Of a stretch of 64,000 nucleotides of DNA, positions 21,258 to 32,548 are shown in pieces; the stretch's first letter is position 1; each line of letters begins with the position of its first letter. The position numbers and the translations under genes were made by a program. Source of the stretch: Calditrichia bacterium (GTDB lineage: Bacteria > Calditrichota > Calditrichia > JAJRVZ01); NCBI GenBank assembly GCA_963796965.1, contig CAWCNS010000004.1:384001-448000 (forward strand). The letters run 5' to 3'. The notes beneath the pieces are model-generated. The model made no database searches and was not told the origin of the DNA. It saw nothing but the letters and a program-made list of their open reading frames with translations.

Positions 21258-22358
21258 ATGAAACCCAATCATTCTGATTATTTGATCAGTTATATTGCCC
21301 CGGCAGCGCCGGCGACGCGGAGGCCAGGGGAGGGAAATGAACCATTTCTTCGGCCCGAGATCGGATTCACGCCAAAATGGTATCACCACCATCTACAAAT
21401 TGATTTTGATGAAAAATGGCATACTGATCCGGTTTTCCGACGTGAAACAATTCTACGCATGCGAAAGGAATTACGCCGGCGTTTTCCGGATACCAAAATC
21501 GGTCGGATCGACCAGTCTGAGAAACCACTGGATCTGTTAACCGGCACATATGGGGCTTCAAGCATTGCTGCTATTTATGGCGTACCGATCATTTATGCCA
21601 GAGATAACTGGCCGAATTGCGCCCATCAGTATCTATCTGAGGATGAGATCAAACAGTTATCCCCTCCAGACCTCGATTCGAATAGGCACTTTCAGGCTCT
21701 CATGAACCAGGTTGAAAAAATTGCAGAGTTGGAAGGACCTGTGGAAGGATTTATCAACTGGCAAGGTGTCTTAAATAATGCCCAGCGTTTAAGGGGGCAG
21801 GACTTATTCATGGATATGATGATGAACCCGGGAATGGTTCATCACCTATTCGAATGTGTCACGACGACGATGATAGATGCAGCCAAGCGCTTGCATGAGC
21901 GGCAGCGTGTGTCAGGCGTCGAGGTTAGTTTTTTTACGATGAGTAACTGTCTCGTCAATATGGTCTCGGCAGAACATTATGCAGAATTATTGCTGCCCTA
22001 TGATTTAAAAATTTCCGGAGCTTTTGAGACAGTAGGTGTTCATAATTGCGCCTGGAATGCCAATCCCTATCTGGAAGACTATGCTAAAATTCCGAATATC
22101 AGATATATCGATATGGGACAGAATTCAGATCTTGAACGGGCAAAAGAATTATTTCCGCAAGGACGCAGGGCGATTATGTATACACCGATGGATGTGGCCA
22201 ATAAATCTCTTGATGAAGTTCGTTTAGATCTGGAAAAAATTGCGAGAGAATATGGACCCTGTGATATTGTTGCCGCGGATATCGAAGTGGATACCCCTGA
22301 TCAACGGGTAGTGGATTTTATAAATCTCTGTGAAGAAATTAGTTTAAGGTGGAGCTAG
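21258..22358 (+). CDS. Uroporphyrinogen decarboxylase / cobalamin-methyltransferase (URO-D/CIMS) fold protein
   Basis: GVLNNAQRLRGQDLFMDM..P..VHHL, NMVSAEHYAE.LLPYD and GVHNCAW. No signal peptide. Confidence 0.6.
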   Translation: MKPNHSDYLISYIAPAAPATRRPGEGNEPFLRPEIGFTPKWYHHHLQIDFDEKWHTDPVFRRETILRMRKELRRRFPDTKIGRIDQSEKPLDLLTGTYGASSIAAIYGVPIIYARDNWPNCAHQYLSEDEIKQLSPPDLDSNRHFQALMNQVEKIAELEGPVEGFINWQGVLNNAQRLRGQDLFMDMMMNPGMVHHLFECVTTTMIDAAKRLHERQRVSGVEVSFFTMSNCLVNMVSAEHYAELLLPYDLKISGAFETVGVHNCAWNANPYLEDYAKIPNIRYIDMGQNSDLERAKELFPQGRRAIMYTPMDVANKSLDEVRLDLEKIAREYGPCDIVAADIEVDTPDQRVVDFINLCEEISLRWS

Positions 22359-22399
22359 CATAGCGCTTTGGACATGGCGCATAGGGTACAGCAATAGGA

Positions 22400-22440
22400 A
22401 ATTACCTCCCCCTGAATCCCCCTCCTTACTAAGGAAGGGT
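22400..22440. repeat. Partial C/G-tract hairpin repeat
   Basis: acctccccctgaatccccctccttactaaggaaggg matches 18048-18085. Confidence 0.75.
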
Positions 22441-22523
22441 TCACATTGCTTGGCGGATCTGCCCTTGACGGAAATATAGGTGTGTTAATTAGCCTTGCTT
22501 TTTAAGGATGTCGTTGATCTCGA

Positions 22524-22555
22524 TAGTGGTGGCCGTTCGCGAACGGCCACCACTA
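22524..22555. repeat. Perfect 32-bp palindrome, REP-like
   Basis: tagtggtggccgttcg|cgaacggccaccacta. Confidence 0.85.
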
Positions 22556-22631
22556 GTGTCAAAATATAATAATGTAACAACCCCAGATAGTACGAAATTC
22601 GTGGAGGGGGAAGTGAAATATGTAGAAATTA

Positions 22632-22762
22632 AACGCAAAGTGCGCAGAGAACGCAACGACAATTTAGATAAGGATCCAATATGTATAAATGGCAATAATT
22701 TTTTTATCAATTTTTTTTAGAGAACTCTGCGGGTTTTTGCGCTCTCAGCGTCTTTCTGCGTT
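22632..22762. repeat. CGCAAAG/CGCAGAG-periodic inverted arms
   Basis: aacgcaaagtgcgcagagaacgcaa ... ctctgcgggtttttgcgctctcagcgtctttctgcgtt. Confidence 0.7.
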
Positions 22763-22805
22763 AAAAGATGTCTTACATATAATCCAAATAAGGCTGGAGA
22801 AAAGG

Positions 22806-24485
22806 ATGAAATGCAGCACAATGTCTATAACTTATTTAGTGTTAGGTTTAATCTCTCAGCTAGTATATGCTGGTGAAGCGAGAGAACTTATAGTAACACA
22901 AAATTTTCTCAATCTACCCGTATCCCATGAGGCGCCTCAGGTCAGAATGCAAATTGATACCGATGGACAATTATTTCGGGTATTTGATATTCAGCTGGCT
23001 GAGAGAGATCCGCAGTATTGGGTTTTTGTTGATGTAAGTGGATTGAAAGGCAAATCCATCTCCCTTACTCTCAAGGATTACGAAAAGAAACATATGGGGA
23101 TTAGCGGAAATTTATCAGGATGATAGGTTTGCCGGAGAGGATAGTCTCTACCAGGAAAAACTGCGGCCACAATTTCATTTCACTACGCGTCGCGGTTGGA
23201 ATAATGATCCCAATGGACTGGTGTACCACGATGGAGAATACCATCTCTACTATCAACATAATCCTTATAGTACCAGATGGGGCAATATGCATTGGGGACA
23301 TGCGGTCAGCAAGGATATGGTTCACTGGAATGAATTAGCTGATGCCCTCTATTCACAGGAAAAATATACTATTTTTTCCGGCTCTGCTGTTGTTGACCAT
23401 ACTAATAGCAGTGGCTTTCAAACCGGGAAAGAAAAAGTTCTGATTGCAGCCTATACGGCAAACTGGGATGATAAAAAAGGTAAATCTTATCAGGAACAGC
23501 ATATTGCTTTTAGTAATGACCGGGGAAGAACCTGGACCATGTATGATAAAAATCCGGTGATCGGGGTACAGGAAGAAAAATGGAATACCCGCTATAATCG
23601 CGATCCAAAGATTTTCTGGTATACACAAGGTGGGCATTGGGTGATGGCATTATATGAGCAAATTGGCATATCCATATACACATCAGATGATCTAAAAGAG
23701 TGGACCTACCAGAGCCATACAGAGGGTTTTTACGAATGCCCGGAACTTTTTGAAATCGCTATTGATGATGACCCGAATAATACCAAATGGGTGATGTATG
23801 GCGGTTCGGGAAGTTACGTGATTGGCGATTTTGATGGTAAATATTTTAAATGGGAAACGGGTAAGCATTGGTATACGGATGGCGCCCTTTATGCGGCACA
23901 AACCTTCAATAATATTCCGGCATCCGATGGCCGGCGGATACAAATTGGCTGGGGAAGAGTTGAATCACCCAGGATGCCTTTTAATCAAATGATGCTGTTC
24001 CCAACAGAATTTTCTTTACGAAAAACAGCAAATGGTATTCGTTTGTTTTGTGAGCCAATTAAAGAAATTGAAAAGTTACATACAAAAAAACATCACTGGC
24101 AAAATCTTTCTCTTCACGAAATGAATGAGAAATTAAAAATTTTTAAGGGCGAACTATTACATATTAAATGTGAGATTGGAAACGGTAGATTCACAGAAAT
24201 TTGGAATGATCGTTCATGGGAATCGTTTGATCTATGATATTGGAAAAGGGAATTTGTTTAACGGCTTCCCCTATTCTATGTCGCCCAATTCTAAATCTCT
24301 TTATTTTGAGGTGCTTGTTGATAAAACCAGTATTGAAACTTTCCTCGATCATGGGGCCTTTTGCTCTGTAATGGCAAAAAATATCGAAACGGATGAAATG
24401 GGTGTCCAATTCTGGAGTGTGGGAAAAACACCGACAATTTTTATAAAAGATTTGAGATATATATGAATTGAAGTCAATCTGGTAA
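22806..24485 (+). CDS. GH32 beta-fructofuranosidase/levanase with N-terminal DUF4980-like domain; several frameshifts
   Basis: RPQFHF..RRGWNNDPNG, MHWGHAVSKD, FSGSAVVD, RDP, ECPELF and YAAQTF. The terminal piece YELKSIW ends at TAA 24483-24485. Confidence 0.85.
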
Positions 24486-24498
24486 AAAGGATTTTAGT

Positions 24499-24712
24499 CC
24501 ACGAATTACACGAATTTATACGAATTACATGAATTTTTATATTAAACTATTTAAGAAAATCACCACCGTCATCCTGAATTTATTTCAGGATCTTTTTAGG
24601 GCAAGATTATCTTAAAGTAACGACGCGATTAATCGCGTCGCTACCTTTGCCCCTTTAGAAATGAGATGCCGAAATAAACCTGACCTAACGACAGGTCAGG
24701 ATTCGGCATGAC
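24499..24712. repeat. Mosaic spacer: CACGAAT-periodic arm, then CGTC-type palindromes (24568-24593, 24664-24712) enclosing a GTAG-type palindrome (24617-24644)
   Basis: ccacgaattacacgaatttatacgaattacatgaatt; gtcatcctgaatttatttcaggatct; gtaacgacgcgattaatcgcgtcgctac; agatgccgaaataaa[insert]ttcggcatgac. Confidence 0.85.
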
Positions 24713-24768
24713 GTTATCTTGGGTTTCTTTTATCAGCGCTAATGTTTAAATAAAGGTAAAGAGGAAAT

Positions 24769-27006
24769 ATGAATCATCTGAAGAAATATTCTTTTTCGCC
24801 ACTACAACGCTTTTATCTTATTATCTTGTTAAGATTTATCCTATGCGCAAGCACCCAAAGATTTTGATTATATCGATTCCTTTATGGCGGCAGACTCGAC
24901 ACAATTACGTTACAATACACTCACTTATCTTTCATGGTCGAAATCATTTTTTTCTCCGCAGCGGGCGTGCCTTGATGGTGATCCAGTCAGATAAGGCGGA
25001 TGTTGGTCCAGCCATTCATTACTGGTTGTTTGATGCCGGGACGCCTAAACAGAGTGGGAAAAAAGTTCATGCCTTTAACTTCAATCCGCAGGCCAGAAAC
25101 AATTTTTCAAGTACACTTAAAGCAATAATAAAAAATGTGCCCTTTATGGCTTTCGGTGAGCAAACACCTGTACATTGGGTGGAGGAGAATGGTATTCCCA
25201 CTATTGAAGGCCTATGGTATGCGGATGGAGTTAGAATTACTGAGCGATTTACTGGTCTTCCTGAAAAAGAAATCTTTCAACGCGCTATTTTATTAGAGGG
25301 AACTGATTTAAGCGGGGAATTGGAAATTACCCTGCGATTGAATTTACCTTTTGGAAACTGCCAAGTCCAAGGTCGGCGTGCTGACAGGAAAGGCTGGTGA
25401 AGCATCCATAGCAATGGTAATTGCTCCCGGACATCCCACTTATTTTGATCCGGGTGAGGGCTATGTAGATATTGGCCCAATCCGAATGAGCCCCGATCAA
25501 AAAGTTTTAATTAAATCATATCTACTCCTTCAACTTCCTATTGAATCAGGAAATGCTGAGCAACTTGTATCCAGGGCACAAAATTGATGAAAGATCAGGG
25601 GAGTGTTGACTTAAAGAAGGCAAACCAGAAATGGTCTGCCATGACAACCATAAAAACGGATGACCATATTGTGAAGGATATCTATGATCATGCCCGTTAT
25701 GCTCTGGACAATTTTGCTACGGAGGAAGGTCGAATCAATGCCGGTTATTTACAGTATAATTCTGAATGGATCCGTGATGGTTCCAATACCGCCCTTGGGG
25801 CTTTAATGTCCGGAAATTTTGAGATGGCCCGGGCAATGGGAAATCATATGCTCACCCAGATGATCACCGATGCCGGTGTGACGATGATTGGTGGAGGTTT
25901 TGCCAATCCTGACCGGGAGCAATTAGATCAGATGGGCGAAATGCTTCATTTTTTGCGCTGTTATGTTGATTGGACCGGGGATGAATCTTTAATCCGCCAA
26001 AACCGTACCAAAATTCTCGCCATGATTGAGAGGCCCCTTAAATCCTGTGTTTCTGGATAAGACCGGTATGGTTCATAACCGCCGGGAATTCTGGGAACGG
26101 ACTTTTGACGATGCCTATGAGTTGATTTATCAGACTTATGTCATTTTGGGATTAAGAGAAGCCAGCAAGTTGGCACCGTTACTTGGTGCAGAGGATAAAG
26201 TGGAACGTTGGCAAGAAGCCTCAGACCGAATGCTTGAGGCGATGCTCTCTCATCCTGACCGGTCCCTGGTTCATGAAGGGCGTTTAATAAAACGTCGGAA
26301 TGTCACGGGAGAGATCGCTGATTATTTCTCAGGATATGCCGGTTATGTATATGATTGTCCGCAAACGGTCAGCTTTCATCACCGCTTATTACCTGACGCA
26401 ACTCAGGCATTGCCTATGGCGTTTCGTGTGGTAGATCCTCAATCAGATCTTGCGAGGAATACACTTGAAGAAGTGGAAAAGTTATGGAATGCCCGTTGGT
26501 TTAGTGGGGGATACAGCCGCTATAACAGCAGTAGCGAACCAAATCAGGTGGGCCCCTGGGCCTTCGCAACCAGTTTTATCATGCGTGGACAGCATGAAGC
26601 ACGTTTGTTTGAACGCAGCCGGCGATCCCTGGAGTATTTACATGGGTTACCGGGAGGAACAAGCGGTGCCTGGTTTGAAGAAATTCCGGCTACGCGGGGT
26701 ACATCAAAATGGGATGGGATTATTTGCTGGAGTACGGGGGAAATGACCCTATTTATCATCCGGCATTATCTGGGTCTTCGTTTTGAAGGCGAGGAACTGG
26801 TCATTCAGCCAGCTTTGTATCCGGGTAGTCCGCCGGTTTCCGCTGATCTGAGAATTCGGGGGGGGCGGCTTCGTTTGGAGATTGAGGGAAGCGGTCCTAT
26901 AAAGGAAGCGATTGTGAATGGTAAAACAGTCATGCCCGGTGGGGATGGTGCCCTGCGATTAGGTCCTGATTCCATGTCAGGAACTGTGGTTATTAAAATT
27001 AAGTAA
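24769..27006 (+). CDS. Six-hairpin (alpha/alpha)6 glycosidase-like protein (GH15/GDE-like); multiple frameshifts
   Basis: GAGG RBS and ATG at 24769. Consecutive ORF pieces carry YNSEWIRDGS, EQLDQMGE, EFWER, GGYSRYN, GPWAFAT and a C-terminal LGLRF..L.I.P. Confidence 0.6.
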
Positions 27007-27077
27007 GCAACAGTGTTATCATTTACTATATGGATATTAATAATCCCTTTGGGCCTATCCCAGTGAGGTAATAATAT

Positions 27078-27510
27078 AATTCCCCCTTAAAAAAGGAGGT
27101 TAGGGGGTTGTAGAAAGTTGAAAATATATTACAATTCAAAACTGAAAGAACGAGCCCAAGAGTTAAGAAGAAACTCGACCTATACAGAGCGTTTACTTTG
27201 GAAATATATAAGAGGAGGTCAGTTACTTGGGTACAAGTTTCAACGGCAAAAACCAATAGATAACTATATTGTCGATTTTTATTGTAGTAAATTACAATTA
27301 GTTATAGAAATAGATGGAATATCACATGATGGAAAACAAAAATATGACAAAAAAAGAGAGAAAAGATTAATGGATATTGGTTTAAACATTATAAGAATTG
27401 ATGGCCATTATGTTCTTAAGAATATTGCGGGGGCAGTAGAGATAATTGCTAATAAAATATGTGAATTAGAAGAACAAACAACCCCCTAGCCCCTTTTTTA
27501 AGGGGGAATT
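27078..27510 (+). mobile_element. Compact TIR-bounded element carrying only a DUF559 endonuclease gene
   Basis: Left aattcccccttaaaaaaggaggttagggggttgt (27078-27111) and right acaaccccctagccccttttttaagggggaatt (27478-27510) are reverse complements with one substitution and one indel. Confidence 0.75.
27118..27489 (+). CDS. DUF559 / very-short-patch-repair-like endonuclease (YcjD-like)
   Basis: RAQELRRNST.TE..LW, YKFQRQKPI..YIVDFYC..L.LVIEIDG.SH and D..R...L...G..IIR. TTG start; the stop codon lies inside the right TIR. Confidence 0.9.
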   Translation: MKIYYNSKLKERAQELRRNSTYTERLLWKYIRGGQLLGYKFQRQKPIDNYIVDFYCSKLQLVIEIDGISHDGKQKYDKKREKRLMDIGLNIIRIDGHYVLKNIAGAVEIIANKICELEEQTTP

Positions 27511-27593
27511 CCATTGTGCTTTTCGAAAACATTCATTGACATTAAATATGTATGAATATTTATAAATTACCAACATATTAAAAAGGAGAAGAA

Positions 27594-29985
27594 ATGAAGT
27601 TATTCAAATTAAAAAATGTTATCGGGATTTTTATTGTGGCATTGTTGGCAAGTTTTACCAGCATTGCATTAGTTGCCTGCAATAATAATGATAATAATGC
27701 TATGGAAAAAAAGGCCAAAGAATTAATTTCAAAAATGACGCTGGAAGAGAAAATCGCTTTGACTGTTGGAGATGGAAGATTTTTGCCCTCAGCAAGTCAA
27801 TCAGCAGAAAAGAATGTAGAAGTTCCAATAGCCAACCAAGATTCAAAAATGCTAATACCCCGACTTTCCATAAAGAGAACGGCACTTACGGATGGACCAT
27901 CGGGAATAAACAAACATGCTCCTCCTGAAGGAGCCACAGCGTATACGTACACCACCTCGTTTCCTACATCAACATGTTTGGCAGCTACATGGAATACCGA
28001 AATGGTTGAGAATGTGGGAAAGGCTTTTGGGAATGAACTTTTAGAATACGACTATGATCTTGTACTAATGCCTGCGCTAAATCTACATCGTAATCCCAAA
28101 TGCGGTCGTAATTTCGAGTACTACTCTGAGGACCCATTGCTTTCAGGAAAATTAGCAGCTTCAATGGTTAATGGTTTGCAGTCCAGGGGCGTGGGTGCAA
28201 CTCTAAAACATTTTGTGGGGAATAACCAGGAGAGTAATAGAAGAAAATATAATGCTGTCATCAGTCGGAGAGCATTGCGCGAAATTTACCTGCGTGGATT
28301 TGAAATAGCAGTTAGAGAAGGCCATCCAAAAGCGATAATGACGGCCTATAATAAACTCAATGGATTCTATACGCCAGAAATTCCAGAAATGTTACAAGAT
28401 GTTGTACGGAAAGAATGGGGATTTGATGGTCTTTATATGACTGATTTTGATATGAATTATGGGGATGCTGTTGCCCAGGTGAGAGCGGGAATTAATATGA
28501 TTATGAGTGGCAGTATGCGGGAGTATAAAGAAATAACAAATGCAGTGAAAAATAAAACACTTGACGAGCGTGCACTTGATGAAAATTTAGTTTACAACAT
28601 GAAACTCAAACTAAGTTCACCCAGTATGAAGGGATATACCCCCTCTCTAAAACCAGATTTGGAAGCGCATGCAAAAGTAGCCAGAGAAGCAGCTGGTGAA
28701 GGGATGGTGCTGCTTAAGAATAATAATAATACGCTTCCAATTAGCACGGGGAAAACAGTTGCTGTATTTGGTAAGATATCATATTATCTGATAGCCTATG
28801 GAACAGGTAGCGGAAGCGTCAGAAGTCTTAAATATGCAATATCTGTTAACGAAGGACTCAAATCGGCTGGTTTCAATGTTTTGGATGAGATGGAGACAAT
28901 CATACCTTGCTTTTATTGAAAAAACAAAGAAAGAAAATCTTGTACCGCCTTATTTTGATAATCCTAAAATGCGTAAGGATAATGGCATAACAGGTAACCA
29001 GGCGCCACCCCATTTCAAGGAAAGATTAGTCGCATTTAGTAAAGAACAGCCGGTATCAAAAGCAAAGATAAATAAATATGAATCGAAATCAGATTTGCTG
29101 TCATTACATTAGGCAGAAGCGGTGGCGAGAACTATGAAAATGGATATCTTCCTATAACTCAAATAGAACTTGACCTCGTGCGCGATGTCTGTGATGTTTA
29201 CCATGCTGAAGGTAAAAAAGTAATTGTTGTACTCAATGTTGGAGGTGTTTGGGAAACAGCGAGCTGGCGCGATTATCCTGATGCAATTCTTATGGCATGG
29301 CAGCCAGGACAAGAGGGTGGACATGCTGTTGCTGATATATTAACAGGTAAGTGTTAATCCTTCCGGAAAATTACCTGATTCATTTCCTAATAGAGTATGA
29401 AGATGTACCTTCTGCAAATACTTTCCCGGGACTTCCAGTTGATGAACCTGTCAATTCGTTTTACACACGATGGCATTTATGTTGGTTATCGTTATTACGA
29501 TTCATTTAATGTTCCTACAGCTTACGAGTTTGGTTATGGCTTGTCCTACACAACTTTCGAATACTCCGATCTGAAGTTGAGCAGTACTAACTTCTCCTCA
29601 AAAATGAAAGTTACGGTGACAGTGAAAAATACGGGAAAGGTAGCTGGTAAAGAAATTGTTCAATTATATCTATGCAGCTCCGACTACAAAGATTGAGAAA
29701 CCAGTACAGGAACTAAAGGGATTTGCAAAAACAAAATTACTAAAACCTGGAGAGAGCCAACAACTTTCCTTTGAATTGGATGAACGTTCTCTGGCTTCCT
29801 TTTGGAGCGGCATTAGTGCATGGGTAGCAGACAAAGGTGATTACGAAGTGCGTATCGGTGCATCATCGAAAGATATTCGCCTTAAAAAGTCTTTTAATTT
29901 GCCAAAAGAAATAGTTGTAGAAAAAGTTCACGATGTGTTATATCCTAATTTTATGATGAAAGAATTGAGCCGATTTGATAAATAG
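27594..29985 (+). CDS. GH3 beta-glucosidase-like lipoprotein (copy 1); frameshifted
   Basis: AGGAG RBS and lipobox LVAC. DGPSG, CGRNFEYYSEDP, LKHF, MTDF, EGMVLLKN, GIYVGYRYY and an FN3 tail ELKGFAKT. Confidence 0.9.
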
Positions 29986-30043
29986 TATCTCTTTGAAAAC
30001 GTCAATAATAATATCGGTTAAGTAAATCTAATAAGGAGAAGTA

Positions 30044-32461
30044 GTGAATTTATTAAAATTAAAAAAATCTTTCGGGATATTATTCGTGGCATTATTAACT
30101 GGTTTAACATGCTCAACATTGTTTGCACAGGAAAATAATGAGGTTCCTGTTTATAAGAATGAAAAGAAGCCTCTTGAAGAAAGAGCTAAAGATTTGGTTT
30201 CACGGATGACTCTGGAAGAGAAAGTTGGCATGACCGTTGGTGATGGAAGATTTTTAATCGCAAGTGATTCTGTATCCGAAAAAAACATAGAGGTTCCAAT
30301 AGCTAATCGAAATTCTAAAATGGTTATACCTCGTCTTTCAATAAAGACAACTTCACTCATTGATGGGCCTGCTGGTATAAACAAAGGTTCTCCTCCAGAA
30401 GATGCAGAGAATTACTCATACACTACTGCTTTTCCTACTGCAACATGTTTAGCTGCTTCATGGAATACCGAATTAATGGAAGATGTTGGCAAATCTTTGG
30501 GAAATGAACTTTTAGAATACGATTATGATTTAGGACTTATGCCTTCATTAAATTTGCAACGTAATCCAAAGTGTGGTCGAAATTTTGAATACTATTCAGA
30601 AGATCCCTTACTTACGGGAAAGTTAGCTGCATCAATTGTTAATGGTATACAAATTAATGGTGTAGGTGCTACTCTAAAAGTTCTTTTGGCGAACAATCAA
30701 GAATCAAATAGAAGAAAATATAATGCAGTGATTAGTCAAAGAGCCTTGCGTGAAATCTATTTAAGAGGATTTGAGATAGCTGTTAAAGAAAGCCATCCTA
30801 AAGCGATAATGACAGCATATAATAGACTAAATGGTTACTATACGCCAGAAATACCAGAAATGCTGCAAGATATTTTACGGAAAGAATGGGGCTTTAATGG
30901 ACTTTATATAACCGATTTTGATATGCAATACGGAGATGCGGTTGCTCAAGTGAGAGCCGGTATTAATATGATCATGAGCGGTAGTATGCAGGAGTTTAAT
31001 GAAATAACAGATGCATTGAAAAATAAAATTACTAGACGAAAATACACTTGATGAAAATTTAGTATTACAACATGAAACTCAAGTTAAGTTCACCCAGTAT
31101 GAAGGAATATACGCCATCTCTAAAACCGGATTTGGAAGCTCATGCGAACATTGCCAGAGAAGCAGCTGGCGAAGGCATGGTACTACTAAAGAATAAAAAT
31201 AGTATACTCCCACTTGATGAAGGAAAAACAATCGCCGTTTTTGGTAAAATATCATACCATCTTATAGCATTTGGAACAGGTAGTGGAAGTGTTAGAAGTC
31301 ATAAATATAGCAGTATCTGTTAATGATGGTCTTAAATCTGCTGGTTTCAATATACTGGACAAAATGGAGAAAAAAATATATAGATTACATTAAAAAAATC
31401 AAAGAGAGAGAATGTTGTACCACCTTATTTTAATAATCCAAAAATGCGTAAGGATAATGGTATAGTTGGAAAACCAGGCTCCTCCTCATTTCAAGAAATA
31501 GATTGGTTGCATTCAGTAAAGAAATGCCTATATCGAAAGAAGAGATTAGAAAATATGAATCTGAGATCTGATGTTGCTGTTATTACATTAGGTAGAAGCG
31601 GTGGTGAAAACTACGAAAACGGATATATCCCTATTACACAAATAGAACTTAGATCTTGTAAAAGATGTTTGTGAGGTTTACCACGCTGCTGGTAAAAAAG
31701 TAATAGTTGTACTCAATGTTGGTGGTGTTTGGGAAACAGCAAGTTGGAGAGATTATCCAGATGCAATTCTTTTAGCATGGCAGCCAGGACAAGAGGGTGG
31801 ACATGCTGTTGCTGATATATTAAGAGGTAAAGTTAATCCTTCCGGAAAATTACCTGATTCATTTCCTATTAAATATGAAGATGTACCTTCTGCAAATACT
31901 TTCCCGGGACTTCCAGTTGATGAACCTGTTAATTCATTTTACACAGACGGGATTTATGTCGGATATCGTTACTACAATTCTTTCAATATTCCAACAGCTT
32001 ATGAGTTTGGTTACGGTTTGTCGTACACAACATTCGATTATTCAGATTTGAAATTGAGCAGCACTAACTTCTCCTCAAAAATGAACGTTACTGTGACTAT
32101 AAAGAACACTGGAAAAGTAGCTGGTAAAGAAGTTGTTCAATTGTACCTTGCAGCTCCGAGTATAGAGATTGAGAAACCAGTACAAGAGCTAAAGGGATTC
32201 GCCAAAACAAAATTACTGAAACCTGGAGAGAGCCAACAACTTTCCTTCGAATTGGATGAACGTTCTCTGGCTTCATTCTGGAGTGGCATTAGTGCATGGG
32301 TAGCGGACAAAGGCGATTACGAAGTGCGTATCGGTGCATCGTCAAAAGATATTCGCCTTAAAAAGACATTTAATTTGCCAGAAGAAATAGTTGTAGAAAA
32401 GGTACATGACGTATTATATCCAAATTTTATGATGAAAGAATTGAGCCGATTTGATAAATAA
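30044..32461 (+). CDS. GH3 beta-glucosidase-like protein (copy 2, tandem paralog); frameshifted
   Basis: AGGAG RBS, GTG start and SPI-type signal (LFAQ). Same motifs as copy 1 and a nearly identical C-terminus. Confidence 0.9.
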
Positions 32462-32476
32462 TAGTGAAAAAAATAT

Positions 32477-32535
32477 CCACGAATTGCACAGATTTATACC
32501 CGTAAAACGGGCCCTTCGGCCGAATTTCATGAATT
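32477..32535. repeat. CACGAAT-periodic arm interrupted by a 22-nt insert
   Basis: Aligns to 24499-24535 except for cccgtaaaacgggcccttcggc at 32499-32520. Confidence 0.8.
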
Positions 32536-32548
32536 ATTACTGATTTGG

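Noticed and set aside
22508..22805. Small ORF 22508-22720 and upstream extension of the 22689 ORF
   Set aside because: These are composed of palindrome and periodic-repeat sequence, with no RBS or protein-like motif.
27060..27530. Target-site duplication around the DUF559 element
   Set aside because: The flanks (gtaataatat and ccattgtgc) show no direct repeat; the shared AATT belongs to the inverted repeat itself.
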